Sequence record: SRR31156797_1064
Length of the DNA: 64,000 nt
Direction: 5' to 3' (one strand)
In this document: positions 29,040 through 39,842 of the stretch, one piece after another
How the letters are laid out: each line of letters begins with the position of its first letter
Numbering within the stretch: position 1 is the first letter of the stretch
The notes under the pieces: generated by a model
The model's input: only the letters and a program-made list of their open reading frames with translations
Database searches by the model: none
What the model was told of the DNA's origin: nothing
Position numbers and translations under genes: made by a program

Positions 29040-29833
29040 ATGGTATCATCCCCTAAATATGCTGAAATGACTGCAGGGTGGTTGCGGATCACTTCCGGTG
29101 TACCTTCGGCTATGGTTTGGCCAAAGTCGATAACTTTTATTTCCGAGCAGAGTTCCATGACCACGTCCATGTGGTGTTCGATGAGCAGGATGGTCACGTC
29201 AAAGGTTTCGTGAATCCAGTGGATGAGCCTGATCAGCTCCTGTGCATCCACAGAGTTCAAACCCGCGGCCGGTTCATCAAGAAGCAGCAACTGCGGTTTT
29301 TCAGACAGTGCACGTACAATCTCCAGTTTACGCTGCAGCCCGTAGGCCAGGTTGGTGGGCAACTCGTCGGCTTGCTTATCCAACTCAAAAATTTTCAGTA
29401 ACTCACGCGCTTCTTTTTCTATTTTTGCTTCGCAATCCCTATAGCTGCGAGTCCTGAACATAGCTCCAAAAAAGCCGTAGTCCAAGGCACCGTGTTGAGC
29501 TACCCGGATATTGTCGAGCACAGACATCTGGTTCCAGAGCCTGATGTTTTGAAAAGTACGGGCGACACCAAGTGAGGTCACCTTGTGAGGCTTGAGTCTG
29601 GCTGTAGGGGTTCCGTTGACGAGGATTTCACCTTCACTGGGCTGGTAAAAACCGCTTATCAGGTTGAATACGGTCGTTTTACCAGCACCGTTAGGGCCGA
29701 TAAGACCGGTAAGCTGGTTCCGTCCGAGGGTAATACTGAAATCGGAGACAGCGACCAAACCGCCAAATCGTTGGGTCATCTTACGGATTTCGAGGACCGG
29801 CATCGAAGATGTTGTCTGTGTCTGCATAATCAC
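29036..29833 (-). CDS. livG: Branched-chain amino acid ABC transporter ATPase
   Basis: FGGLVAV, GPNGAGKTT, ARTFQNIRL, LLDEPAAG, IEHHM. Confidence 0.95.
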   Translation of the reverse strand: MIMQTQTTSSMPVLEIRKMTQRFGGLVAVSDFSITLGRNQLTGLIGPNGAGKTTVFNLISGFYQPSEGEILVNGTPTARLKPHKVTSLGVARTFQNIRLWNQMSVLDNIRVAQHGALDYGFFGAMFRTRSYRDCEAKIEKEARELLKIFELDKQADELPTNLAYGLQRKLEIVRALSEKPQLLLLDEPAAGLNSVDAQELIRLIHWIHETFDVTILLIEHHMDVVMELCSEIKVIDFGQTIAEGTPEVIRNHPAVISAYLGDDTI

Positions 29834-30852
29834 TTGAACTTATAGAAACGTTTGAGGCGAGGGAAAAAATCGCTGAGTTCGCGGTAGCCCATGATGCCTT
29901 CGGGACGAAACTGCATCAGGACAATCAGCAGCAGGGGAATGACGACCCACTTGATAATCTGCAGCGGACGGAGCAGTTCGAGTAGGACCGTAAACAATAT
30001 AGCAGATAAGACGGCACCTGAAAGCGATCCCATACCGCCGAGGTAAACCATGACCAGTGCTTCTGTGGATTTGAGGATATTGAAGCTGCCCGGATTGACA
30101 TAGCCAATGATATAGGCGAAAAGTCCTCCGGCAATGCCTGCCAGACCGGAAGAAAGCATGAAGGTAATGGTTTTCATTTTATTGGTATTGACGCTCATGA
30201 TCTCAGCAGCCACCTCATCCTGACAGATGGCGGAGACGCCTTTCCCGAAAGTCGAGGAGGTGTAGCGTCGCAGCACCCAGACCGTTGCAACGGTAAAGAC
30301 AAAAACCCAGATAACCATCCATGGAAGGTAAATAATGTCCTCCATGGCATTAATGACTTTTTTCATGCCCATGAATCCACGGGAACCGCCAATGACGCTG
30401 AGGTTCTCGATGGAGCTTATGATGATATAATTGGCAGCAATGGTGATGATTGCCAGGTAATCACCACGTGTCTTGTAGGATGGCAGAGCGACAAGTAATC
30501 CGGCTAAGGCGGCAGCGATCCCGCCTGCAATAATGATCAGCGGGAATAGATATATTGCTAGATCCGGGTTCATCAAAGGTGGGCCGAATATTTTGTCCTT
30601 GCTAAACAGCAGGACACCAAGAATAGATGAAACATAGGCACCTACACACATGAACCCTGCGTGGCCGCAGGAGAACTCGCCCATGTTACCGTTAACAAGG
30701 TTTAGGCTGGTGGACATGATGATGTTTACTCCCATAAACATCAATACAGACAGTGTGTAAAGCCCTATTAATTCCTCATAGGCCAGGTAGGTGATGATGC
30801 CGCCGAGGGTGACTAAAATGAGCTGAACCGTATATTGACGAAACATTGGCAT
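29830..30852 (-). CDS. livM: Branched-chain amino acid ABC transporter permease
   Basis: LNLVNG..GEFSCGHAGF, RGDYLAIIT, GGMGSLSG, RPEGIMG. Confidence 0.93.
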   Translation of the reverse strand: MPMFRQYTVQLILVTLGGIITYLAYEELIGLYTLSVLMFMGVNIIMSTSLNLVNGNMGEFSCGHAGFMCVGAYVSSILGVLLFSKDKIFGPPLMNPDLAIYLFPLIIIAGGIAAALAGLLVALPSYKTRGDYLAIITIAANYIIISSIENLSVIGGSRGFMGMKKVINAMEDIIYLPWMVIWVFVFTVATVWVLRRYTSSTFGKGVSAICQDEVAAEIMSVNTNKMKTITFMLSSGLAGIAGGLFAYIIGYVNPGSFNILKSTEALVMVYLGGMGSLSGAVLSAILFTVLLELLRPLQIIKWVVIPLLLIVLMQFRPEGIMGYRELSDFFPRLKRFYKFK

Positions 30853-30857
30853 CTCCC

Positions 30858-31769
30858 CTAAATTTTAGTGGTTTTGGCGATGCCAAACAATCCGGTCGGC
30901 TTGAGCGACAGGATCACCAGCAATACGGTAAAGGCGATCAGGTCGCGGTAGGTCGAAGGAAAAAACGCAACAACCATGATCTCAACTGCTCCCAGCAGAA
31001 ATCCCCCTAAAAATGCACCACGTATATCACCAATCCCTCCTACAACCGCTGCGATAAATGCTTTCCAGCCAATCAGTGCCCCCATGTAGGGCTCCAGCAC
31101 AGGGTAACTCATTGCAAACAGAATACCTGCCAGGCCGGCAAAACCAGAGCCAAGGGCAAAGGTGATAACAATGATGGAGTCGATGGGAATCCCCATCAGG
31201 GGAACGGCAAATTTGTCATAGGAAATGGCTCGCATTGCCATTCCAACCTTGGTTCGGGTGACAATCCAGTGGAGAATGAAAAAAGAAACGATTGCGGTGA
31301 CAATAACCGCAATCTTGAGGTTGGTGAAAGTAACCCCACCGATGGTATACACATGTTCTGTTATCAGAGCAGGGAAAGCCTTTCTGCTGGCACCAAGTAA
31401 GGCCAGATTGCCATGCTCTAAGATGAGACCGCACATAAGGGCGGTGATAACAACATAGAGCCGGTGCGCACCTTTTCTTCTTAGCGGCCGGTAAGCAACC
31501 CTTTCAAGTGAAACTCCCACTATGGAGGTCAGAATCATGGTCAGTGGTATGGTCATGGCAAGTGCAACCCAGCCTGGAAGTCCTAGCATGCTGAGGAGGC
31601 AGGTGGCGACAAAGAATGCAATATAAGCACCCACCATGAAAATGTCGCCGTGGGCAAAGTTGATCAGGGTTAAAACCCCGTATACCATGGTATAGCCGAG
31701 CGCGATCAAGGCGTAAAAACTGCCCCACTGTAGCGCATTAATAATATTCTGGATGGTAGTCGCTAACAT
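30858..31769 (-). CDS. livH: Branched-chain amino acid ABC transporter permease
   Basis: YALIALGYTMVYGVLTLINFAHG, KAFIAAVVGGIG, KPTGLFG. Confidence 0.95.
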   Translation of the reverse strand: MLATTIQNIINALQWGSFYALIALGYTMVYGVLTLINFAHGDIFMVGAYIAFFVATCLLSMLGLPGWVALAMTIPLTMILTSIVGVSLERVAYRPLRRKGAHRLYVVITALMCGLILEHGNLALLGASRKAFPALITEHVYTIGGVTFTNLKIAVIVTAIVSFFILHWIVTRTKVGMAMRAISYDKFAVPLMGIPIDSIIVITFALGSGFAGLAGILFAMSYPVLEPYMGALIGWKAFIAAVVGGIGDIRGAFLGGFLLGAVEIMVVAFFPSTYRDLIAFTVLLVILSLKPTGLFGIAKTTKI

Positions 31770-31825
31770 GAATCGTCTCTGACTTTCATTTGCTGGTAGA
31801 AATTATGTTTTCGATTGAAAACGAT

Positions 31826-31860
31826 AAAGAGCAGGCCGGATATATGCCGACCCGCTCTTT
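31826..31860 (-). terminator. Intercistronic hairpin after the binding-protein gene (partial terminator or mRNA stabiliser)
   Basis: Minus strand AAAGAGCGGGTCGG...CCGGCCTGCTCTTT. Confidence 0.55.
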
Positions 31861-31888
31861 GAGGTTTAAGGTGTGAGTTGTGTGAAAA

Positions 31889-33055
31889 TTATGGACAGAC
31901 AGATTCATTAAATTCAAACTCACCGCTGTCGCTGATGCGAACAACAACTGCACATTTAACGGGGTCGCCCTGTTCGTCAAATTTCATGCTGCCGGTGACA
32001 CCTTCAAATGAAGGAATCTTGGACATGGCTTCGCGAATAGCTTTACGATCTTTGCGCAATTTGCCTGATAATCCACCGGTATCCTGGATGGCCTTGAGTA
32101 CAATATTTGTTGCATCCCATGTCAACGCCGCAACGTCGTCAGGTACATATCCATATTTAGCTGTATAGCGGTCAATGAATTCCTTGGTGGCTCCTTTCGC
32201 GCCGGCTGCTGCATAATGGGTTGAGAAATAGAGACCTTTACAATCGTCGCCGCATAAGGTCATCAGTTCGGAAGAACCCCAGGCGTCTGAACCCATAAAC
32301 TGGCCTTTGTAACCGAGTTGGTGAGACTGTCGTACAATCAGGGCAACCTGGTTGTAGTTGTCTGGAACAAAAATGAAATCAGGCTTGGCAGCAATGATTT
32401 TTGTTAACTGTGCAGAAAAATCCTGATCTTTGGTGCCATGGCTTTCAAAAGCAACCACTGATCCCTTGCCAAGTTTTTCTTCAAATATATCGCGGAAAAT
32501 TTCAGCAAGGCCTTTGGAGTAATCGTTTGACAGGTCGTAGAGAACTGCTGCTGTTTTAGCGCCAAAGGTTTTTACTGCAAAGTTAACTGCCACAGGGCCC
32601 TGGAAGGGGTCAAGGAAAGCAGCTCTGTAAACCCAGGGGCGATCCTTAGTGGTATCAGGGTTGGTAGACCAAGGGGTAACCATAACGGTTCTGTTATCGT
32701 CGGCTACCTGCCCGGCGGGAACTGCCTGCTTGCTGGAATTAGGGCCAATCATGGCCAGAATCTCATCCTTTTCAATGAGTTTTAGTGCGGTGGTGACAGC
32801 TGACTCGGCTTTTGCCTCATTGTCTTCGTAGACAAATTCAAGCATGTATTTTTTGCCGCCAACTTCCAGGCCGCCTGCACCGTTAATATCGGCTTTGAGC
32901 ATTTCGGCTGAGAATTTAGAGGACTCACCAACTTTCGGAATATCTCCGGTCATTGGAATATTGTACCCAATCTTAATGGTGTCCGCGGCCAGAACCGATC
33001 CCGCAAAAAGCAGGGCGGAGCAGGAAAGTAACGCTGTTGCAATTGTTCTCTTCAA
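31889..33055 (-). CDS. livK: Branched-chain amino acid ABC transporter substrate-binding protein
   Basis: Signal peptide, IKIG..PMTG, INGAGG, DYSKGLA, DFSAQLTKI, FEGVTG..KFD..GDP. TTG start with RBS GGAGG. Confidence 0.9.
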   Translation of the reverse strand: MKRTIATALLSCSALLFAGSVLAADTIKIGYNIPMTGDIPKVGESSKFSAEMLKADINGAGGLEVGGKKYMLEFVYEDNEAKAESAVTTALKLIEKDEILAMIGPNSSKQAVPAGQVADDNRTVMVTPWSTNPDTTKDRPWVYRAAFLDPFQGPVAVNFAVKTFGAKTAAVLYDLSNDYSKGLAEIFRDIFEEKLGKGSVVAFESHGTKDQDFSAQLTKIIAAKPDFIFVPDNYNQVALIVRQSHQLGYKGQFMGSDAWGSSELMTLCGDDCKGLYFSTHYAAAGAKGATKEFIDRYTAKYGYVPDDVAALTWDATNIVLKAIQDTGGLSGKLRKDRKAIREAMSKIPSFEGVTGSMKFDEQGDPVKCAVVVRISDSGEFEFNESVCP

Positions 33056-33543
33056 TGTGACGCCTCCATTTTTATGAAAAGGATGTGGTGTAAACCCACC
33101 TCAATAAAACGGTAAAGCCTACTCAATATTTCAATTTATACAAAACAGATTTTTTGTTTCTTGTGTTTTTTTTTCTTACATATATGTGTGACGGTGGTGT
33201 GGGAGGATCAAGAAGCATCAAATATGATAGACATTTTATGCGCATCTTCACAAGAAGGAAAAGGCTGTAGTTGTCATCTAGAGAGGAGTGCAATATTGTA
33301 CTGTTAAATGGGATGACGTCGTAAAAACTTCGGTATGCAATGTTGTGGCATTTTTTATGGTACCAAGGCATATACAAAGTGTACCTGTGCTATGATCAAT
33401 ATATCTTTCAGCAATTGATGGATTTTGATCAATCTTTCAAATGGAACTATTGCTTGTCTTGAAAGGGGATGCGGATAACTGGCAGTTATCAAAATATCCT
33501 GAGGACATCGGTGCAGGCTGGTGGTTATACAGAGAGGGTAACG

Positions 33544-34359
33544 ATGAAATACTTGTTTGCTGTGGTCATGTTTTTATTTGTCATGGTAATTGGTGAGGGC
33601 AGCTCTTTGCCTGCCCTTGTCACAGGAAGCGGCACTGGAGCTGCTGATGAGTTACGCAGTTCTGTTCTCTCTTTGGATAAGGTTATCCGCAATACCATGA
33701 AGACCATTAACCAAAATCCCGGGACAACCCTTTTAACTCCTGAGGAAACAAGAGAACTCATTGAGTTTTCTCTCTATTTGCAAACCCGGGTAGTCTTTTA
33801 TTGTGAACAACTGGCATCCCAGTTTCCTGTACAGGCTATGGCTGACCTGCCATGTCCTTCCCCTAATAGTGCTGCTGGTTCTGGTCTTATCTTGCCGCCT
33901 CGTGCAGCAACAGGTAAGGAGGAAATTGGTAATCTGGAGCAACAGCTGACAGAATCAATGGGGGCCTTTGATGAGATGCTGCTGACTGAAGAGACACGCA
34001 TTGCCAGCCATCGGTCGACATCTTCAGGGAGTGTGCTTGGGGGCTCAGGTCGACAGGGACAGATGCAGAATGGTGTCCAGGTGGAAAAAGACGCAGTTAA
34101 AGGAGATGGGAGCAAAGCGGGGCGCGAAAATCAAGGCAGGGACGCAGGTGGACAGGACAAGGTCGCTGCCGGTGCTGGACAGAGCTCTGATAAGGGAGGC
34201 ACGCCATCTACCTCAAGCAATGATCCCTCCGGAAAGCTGGCGATTGATGATGATATCGTTGCCAGGCAACTGAGGGAGGCTGCTGAAAAGGAACAGGATC
34301 CTGAGCTTAAGGAAAAGCTATGGCAGGAGTATTGGAAGTATAAGGGGAAAAGGATGTAA
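33544..34359 (+). CDS. Exported hypothetical protein with a low-complexity linker and conserved-looking C-terminus
   Basis: Signal-like N-terminus after RBS GAGGG; C-terminal DDDIVARQLREAAEKEQDPELKEKLWQEYWKYK; first gene of a co-directional cluster. Confidence 0.75.
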   Translation: MKYLFAVVMFLFVMVIGEGSSLPALVTGSGTGAADELRSSVLSLDKVIRNTMKTINQNPGTTLLTPEETRELIEFSLYLQTRVVFYCEQLASQFPVQAMADLPCPSPNSAAGSGLILPPRAATGKEEIGNLEQQLTESMGAFDEMLLTEETRIASHRSTSSGSVLGGSGRQGQMQNGVQVEKDAVKGDGSKAGRENQGRDAGGQDKVAAGAGQSSDKGGTPSTSSNDPSGKLAIDDDIVARQLREAAEKEQDPELKEKLWQEYWKYKGKRM

Positions 34360-34389
34360 TAATACTGAAGGGCCTTGGGGGGAGTTGCT

Positions 34390-35622
34390 GTGGTGAAGTG
34401 GAAAAGTGCCGTAGCCTATTGGCTGATTGTGGTGATGATGATCGGTGGCTGTGCATCAATACCCAAAAATCAGGTTGCGGACAAGGTGCGACCGCTGACT
34501 GTAGATGGTGAGATAGAAGAAGAAAAGCTTCTCAATATTTCGATTCAGGTTTTTGATCCGGGTGTGATCCCGGAAGATACAGATGAGAGCGAAGGACTCT
34601 CGCAAGGCATAAGAGATGCGGAGGCTCGATTTGTGCCTATTCATCTTAAGTACTCGTTGCAGCGAACTGGTTACTGGGGAGCTGTTCGAGTCGTCCCTGG
34701 TGATGATATCGGCGCAGAAATATTGGTAAAAGGAAAGGTTGAGTATTCAGACGGAGAGAGCGTTGTCGTCAGTGTAGATGTCGTTGATGCGACGGGGCGA
34801 TCTTGGTTTAAAAAGATATATGCTGAAACGGCAAAAAAGAGTGAACATGAGAGCACTGAGCCAGAAAAGAATGATACCTTTCAGGATCTTTTCAATACTA
34901 TCGCTAATGATTTGGCAATGTATCGGCAACAATTATCACCTCAAGAAGTGGCAAAAATTCGCCAGGTAGCTACCCTGCGTTTTGCTGCAGCCATGGCTCC
35001 TGAATCCTTTGCCGATTATCTTACAGTGGATGATGCTGGGGAATTCACAGTGGTGCATCTACCTGCTGCTGATGATGCCATGTTTAGCCGGATTCAAGCA
35101 TTACGTTCCAGGGATGATATGCTCGTTGATGTTATCAATGGTTATTATGATAATTACTACCTCGATCTTTGGGCTCCGTACAGTCACTGGCGGCGATATA
35201 GAAGTGAGGAAGCGGCAGCAATGCGAAAGCTTGAAAGGGACGCTCTCACTCGACAGATCCTGGGTGTTGCCGCAATCGTTGGTGCCATCGCCATAGGTGC
35301 AGTTGCTGACCAGGACACGCGATCACGTACAGGCACCTTGAGAGACGTGATGGTGCTTGGAGGGGCGGGCGCAGTGTACAGTGGCCACCAGAAGCGACAA
35401 GAGAGTGAAATTAATAGGGCTGCCATTCAGGAGCTTGGAGAGTCTTTCAATGCTGAGGCAGAACCACTGACGATTGAAGTCCAGGGTGAGACAGTACGCC
35501 TGACTGGCTCAGCCGAGCAGCAGTACACTCGCTGGCGACAGTTGCTCAGGGATATATACCTTAAGGAAACCGGATTCCCCGTATCGGAAGTCGGCGGCGA
35601 ACTAGAAGGGCAAGGGCAATGA
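34390..35622 (+). CDS. Hypothetical lipoprotein
   Basis: Lipobox IGG-C; long ORF with a glycine-zipper-like hydrophobic segment near the C-terminus. Exact start uncertain. Confidence 0.75.
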   Translation: MVKWKSAVAYWLIVVMMIGGCASIPKNQVADKVRPLTVDGEIEEEKLLNISIQVFDPGVIPEDTDESEGLSQGIRDAEARFVPIHLKYSLQRTGYWGAVRVVPGDDIGAEILVKGKVEYSDGESVVVSVDVVDATGRSWFKKIYAETAKKSEHESTEPEKNDTFQDLFNTIANDLAMYRQQLSPQEVAKIRQVATLRFAAAMAPESFADYLTVDDAGEFTVVHLPAADDAMFSRIQALRSRDDMLVDVINGYYDNYYLDLWAPYSHWRRYRSEEAAAMRKLERDALTRQILGVAAIVGAIAIGAVADQDTRSRTGTLRDVMVLGGAGAVYSGHQKRQESEINRAAIQELGESFNAEAEPLTIEVQGETVRLTGSAEQQYTRWRQLLRDIYLKETGFPVSEVGGELEGQGQ

Positions 35623-35765
35623 GCAGGGGATGGAATTGGATATTATGGTGAACATTGTGCAAAATTTGCAGCTCCACATATTTTCACTCAACATGATGAA
35701 ATTGTTTGCAATTGGACAAATTGATACAATGTTCATGAAAAATCCGGGTTAAGGAGGAGAGCTCT

Positions 35766-37235
35766 GTGAAGTTGCAGCCGCCGGACACATCACCGGAGAA
35801 ATATCTATCATCCCCGCGGTGGAGAATATTTTTGCTGTTTGCGGTTTTTATCGCGATTAATGGAATTTTGCTCCTTCTGTGGTTTTCCCGCATTGACGAG
35901 CAGGGGGGGCGCACCGATGGTGGGAGTAATAATGAGATAGCAAGCGAGCCGGTTAAAGGTAGGGAAAGGGTATCGTTAGCTGGGATCGTAGACCCCGCAA
36001 AATCTGCAGCAAGAAAGGCAGAAGCTGAAAGGGCATTGCAGGCATGGCTGCATATCCAGGCCAAGGGGCAGGCCATGTCGGTCGAGGTGTGGGCAGAAAA
36101 GGAGTATGCATTTGTCCTTGATGCTGCAGCTAAAGGGGACGCTGGCTTTGCTGAAAAAAGATACCCGGAGGCAACTCTGGCGTACGAACAGGCAACTGCC
36201 CTGCTCGCCGAGATCATGGCAGGGAAAGAGCAGAAAGTGGAGCAGCTTCTGCAAGCAGGGGAGAGAGCTCTCCAGGACGGGAAGGGGAAGGCCGGTGAAG
36301 AATTTTTCGTAAAGGTCTTAGCTGGTAAGCCAGGGAACAGTAAGGCGCTTGAGGGAGTAGAGCGTGCTGCAGTTGCTGATACTGTTGTCGATTTGGTGTA
36401 TCAGGCAGAACTGCTGTTTTTGGGCAAGGATTGGACTGATGCCAAATCAAAGCTTCTGCAGGCTGTTGCTCTTGATCAAAAAAATGAAAAGGCACAATTC
36501 TGGTTGGGTAAGGTTGACAGGGCCATTGAGGAGAAGGCCCTGCAGGATGCAATGGGTGTTTTTTTTGGTGCGCTTGGCAGCCATCAGTATGGGAGGGCTG
36601 AGAAGGCCCTCGCAGCGGCGAGGAAGATTAGCCCGACAAGTCAGGCCGTGGAAAACGGACGGCTGCAGCTGGCGAGAGCTCAAAAAGCTGACAAGATAAA
36701 GCGACTGGAGAAACTGTTGCAGGATGCAATGGCAAAAGAGCAGTGGTCGCAGGCTTCGGAGATTATCAAAAAAATACTTACCACAGACAGCTTGGCCAGT
36801 GTTGTCGTGCAGTACCAGGAGAAGGTGGACAGGCGTAAACAACTTGATCGGCGGCTGGAAACAATACTTTCCATGCCGCTGCGCTTACAAGATGAGAAAC
36901 CTTATGTCGAGGCTGTTTCCCTACTCGGGTATGTGCGGGCTGTTGAGATGCCGGGGCCCCGTCTTGCCAGGCAGCAACAGGCGCTTGCTTCATTGATAGT
37001 AAGCATGCGGCAGGAGGTGCGGGTTACATTGATGTCAGATAATATGTCAGAGATAACGGTTTATAAAGTGGGTAATCTGGGAATGTTTAGGAAAAAAGAA
37101 CTGCAGCTTTATCCCGGTGTCTACACTGTTGTCAGCAGGAGGGCTGGTTATAGGGATGTGCGAAAGAAGTTGTCTGTTCCCATCAATAGCTCCGCTTTGC
37201 CGGTGATGACCATTCGCTGCCAGGAGCCGGTTTGA
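35766..37235 (+). CDS. Membrane-anchored TPR-like helical protein with a C-terminal beta domain
   Basis: Single N-terminal TM, repeated TPR-like helices, C-terminal SDNMSEITVYKVG.LG.F...L.PG.YTVV.RR.GYRDVR. Confidence 0.75.
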   Translation: MKLQPPDTSPEKYLSSPRWRIFLLFAVFIAINGILLLLWFSRIDEQGGRTDGGSNNEIASEPVKGRERVSLAGIVDPAKSAARKAEAERALQAWLHIQAKGQAMSVEVWAEKEYAFVLDAAAKGDAGFAEKRYPEATLAYEQATALLAEIMAGKEQKVEQLLQAGERALQDGKGKAGEEFFVKVLAGKPGNSKALEGVERAAVADTVVDLVYQAELLFLGKDWTDAKSKLLQAVALDQKNEKAQFWLGKVDRAIEEKALQDAMGVFFGALGSHQYGRAEKALAAARKISPTSQAVENGRLQLARAQKADKIKRLEKLLQDAMAKEQWSQASEIIKKILTTDSLASVVVQYQEKVDRRKQLDRRLETILSMPLRLQDEKPYVEAVSLLGYVRAVEMPGPRLARQQQALASLIVSMRQEVRVTLMSDNMSEITVYKVGNLGMFRKKELQLYPGVYTVVSRRAGYRDVRKKLSVPINSSALPVMTIRCQEPV

Positions 37236-39616
37236 GCAAAATATTTGAGGTGTCCCATGGGGCGGAGGTGGTCAGGTATGATGAACATGACCTGCCCTTC
37301 TGCATTGGATCCGGAAGCGATACCCATCTGCAACTTGATGGAATTAGTGAACAGGCTGGGTATCTGGGACTTGCCGACGGACATCTGTTTTTTCAACCCA
37401 CTTTAACCGGTACAGTCTGTTTGCATAATGGTGCCCACATAACGCAATCAGTCTGGATTAAAGGGAGGGATCAAGTCAGGATTGGTGACTCCCTGCTTGA
37501 ATTTCATATCCATCGTGACTTGGTGGAAATAGATGTACTGCCACTTGGATTGCAGGACAGGCATGTTGCAGGCATCAGCCGAACAGAAAAGGGCGAGCAG
37601 CGAGGGTTGCCGAGAATGTCACCTCCTGCGAAGCAAAAGGGGCACAATCGGTTGCTTATTGGTATCGGTTTATTCCTTGCATTTGTTCTTGCTGCCATAA
37701 CCCTGTTTTTGGTACGGGGGAATATCTTTACCCTTGATATTGAGCCCATACCAGAAGCAACAAAGGTGACCGGATTACCACCGGTTCTTCATTTGCAAGG
37801 AAGGTATTTTGGCTGGCCTGGACAATATGCTCTCACGGCTTCTTTGGAAGGGTATGCAGATCTGCACCGAGAAATTACCATTGCTTCCGGTTCCCAGGCA
37901 TCATTTCAATTTACCCTTGAAAAACTTCCCGGAAGCATCAATGTGGAAACGACCCCTTCTGAAGGGGTGCGGGTCAGTATCGACGGCAATTTTGCAGGAA
38001 CCGGCCCGCTGCAAGCTTTCAGTATAGCAGCGGGAAAACATACCATAAAGTTGAACAAAGAACGGTATCAGGAGTTGGTGGAGGTTGTAGAGGTAGAGGG
38101 TATGGGCCGGGCGCAGACCTTTCATTTTCAACTACAGCCTGGATGGGGAACGGTAGAGGTCGTGACCATTCCGGAATCGGTACAGGTGAAGAACGGGGAA
38201 ACACTTTTAGGCTCTACACCCGGCGCTGTAGAAGCCCCTGCTGGTGAACATACATTGACCTTTGCTCAGCCTGGATACCTTCCTTTACGGAGGCAGGTGC
38301 AGGTGACTGGTGGAGAAACAACCGTGTTAGGAGCAATTGTCCTGCAGCGTGAACCAGCTGTGGTTGATCTTGGGTCTTCACCTCCCGGCGCTTCAGTGAC
38401 AGTTGACGGAGTCTACCGTGGGCAAACCCCGCTGGAGGTCGAGGTAACAGCAGGAACGGAACATGCTTTTGTTCTTTTTTCTCCGGGGTATAGGCAGGCA
38501 AAGCGTCAGGTAATTTTAGCATCTGGTGAAGAAAAGCACCTCCAAGTGGCTTTGGAGGCCGAAACAGGTGTAATTTTTGTGGAGGTATACCCAGCAGATG
38601 CCACTTTGTCCATTAACGGTGGGGTACCCCGTAAAAAAAGCGTGGGCAGGTTTGTGCTGCCTGCAGAAAAGGAGCAAAGTCTTATCTTTGCCCGCAAGGG
38701 ATACAAGGATAAGCAGATACAAGTAATACCGCACAGCGCATATAATCAACAGATCCGGGTTACCATGGAACCTCTATCGTCCCGGCACACAGGTAGGCAG
38801 GCTGCTAAAAACAAGGGTCACCTTAAGGCGCTTTTTGAAACACCTGTTCAATTTCAGATGGGAGCTTCCCGCAGGGAACCAGGGAGGCGTGCAAATGAGC
38901 AGCTGAAACAAGTCCGTCTTGTCCGACCTGTGTATGTTGGCCGTCATGAAGTTACCAATGGCGAGTATCGGCGGTTTCGCCCCCAGCACAGATCTGGTTC
39001 CTTTGCCCGCTATTCACTGGAAAACGATAAGCAGCCGGTGGTCAATGTATCTTGGGAAGAAGCCGCTCAATACTGTAACTGGCTCAGCGTGCAGGAAGGG
39101 ATGGAGCCTTTCTATGTGGTGGTAGATGGGCGATTGGTGGCTGGTACCGGTACCGGATACAGGCTGCCCTCAGAGGCAGAGTGGGCCTATGGTGCTCGTC
39201 TAGCCGGTAGAAAACAGCTGGATCGTTACCCCTGGACAGGTTCGTTTCCACCTCGGATGGTGGTTGGTAATTTTGCAGACAAGAGCATGGCCGGTGTGCT
39301 CAATTTTACCCTTACCAATTATAATGATGGTTATCCCGTTACTTCACCTGTGGGCTCATTTGCTGCTGGCCCTGGAGGTTTCTATGATTTTGGTGGAAAT
39401 GTAGCTGAATGGTGTCATGATTTTTATACTGCTGTCAGCGGTTCCCAGCAAAAAGTTGAAGAGGACCCCATGGGGCCTGCCAGAGGAGCCCACCGGGTGG
39501 TTAGAGGGTCGAGTTGGCGTGATGGTTCGGTGGTGGAGCTTCGGTTAAGCTATCGTTCGTATGGTAAAAATAAAAAGGACGATATCGGTTTTCGGGTGGC
39601 GAGGTATCTTCAATGA
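37232..39616 (+). CDS. PEGA-repeat plus FGE-sulfatase (SUMF1) domain membrane protein with an FHA-like N-terminus
   Basis: PEGA repeats (SSPPGASVTVDG..RGQTP), FQMG, HEVTNGEY, PVVNVSWEEA..YCNWLS, YRLPSEAEW, GNVAEW, RGSSW, IGFRVAR. Confidence 0.88.
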   Translation: MSKIFEVSHGAEVVRYDEHDLPFCIGSGSDTHLQLDGISEQAGYLGLADGHLFFQPTLTGTVCLHNGAHITQSVWIKGRDQVRIGDSLLEFHIHRDLVEIDVLPLGLQDRHVAGISRTEKGEQRGLPRMSPPAKQKGHNRLLIGIGLFLAFVLAAITLFLVRGNIFTLDIEPIPEATKVTGLPPVLHLQGRYFGWPGQYALTASLEGYADLHREITIASGSQASFQFTLEKLPGSINVETTPSEGVRVSIDGNFAGTGPLQAFSIAAGKHTIKLNKERYQELVEVVEVEGMGRAQTFHFQLQPGWGTVEVVTIPESVQVKNGETLLGSTPGAVEAPAGEHTLTFAQPGYLPLRRQVQVTGGETTVLGAIVLQREPAVVDLGSSPPGASVTVDGVYRGQTPLEVEVTAGTEHAFVLFSPGYRQAKRQVILASGEEKHLQVALEAETGVIFVEVYPADATLSINGGVPRKKSVGRFVLPAEKEQSLIFARKGYKDKQIQVIPHSAYNQQIRVTMEPLSSRHTGRQAAKNKGHLKALFETPVQFQMGASRREPGRRANEQLKQVRLVRPVYVGRHEVTNGEYRRFRPQHRSGSFARYSLENDKQPVVNVSWEEAAQYCNWLSVQEGMEPFYVVVDGRLVAGTGTGYRLPSEAEWAYGARLAGRKQLDRYPWTGSFPPRMVVGNFADKSMAGVLNFTLTNYNDGYPVTSPVGSFAAGPGGFYDFGGNVAEWCHDFYTAVSGSQQKVEEDPMGPARGAHRVVRGSSWRDGSVVELRLSYRSYGKNKKDDIGFRVARYLQ

Positions 39617-39834
39617 AATTGACGGCGGGTTTTGTATTATTTGGGGCACTCGTTTTGATGGCTGTTGTCACTCCGGTGGCTGCAGTTGAACAGGAAGTGA
39701 AAAAAAAGGAGCAAGAGAGGCCGCAAGAGAGCGCAAAACCATCTTCCCAACCTCAATCCGATGGCTATACGGTTTTTGTACCAACCCAAAAAGTTGATGC
39801 GGACACAGTGATCGACCTTCCAGCTGATATTTAA
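39613..39834 (+). CDS. Small exported hypothetical protein
   Basis: Signal peptide, C-terminal FVPTQKVDADTVIDLPADI, ATGA overlap with the upstream gene. Confidence 0.7.
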   Translation: MKLTAGFVLFGALVLMAVVTPVAAVEQEVKKKEQERPQESAKPSSQPQSDGYTVFVPTQKVDADTVIDLPADI

Positions 39835-39842
39835 AAACCAGT

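Noticed and set aside
33330-33460. Sigma54-like TGGCA/TGGAA sequences upstream of the motor cluster
   Set aside because: GG-N10-GC spacing is not met.
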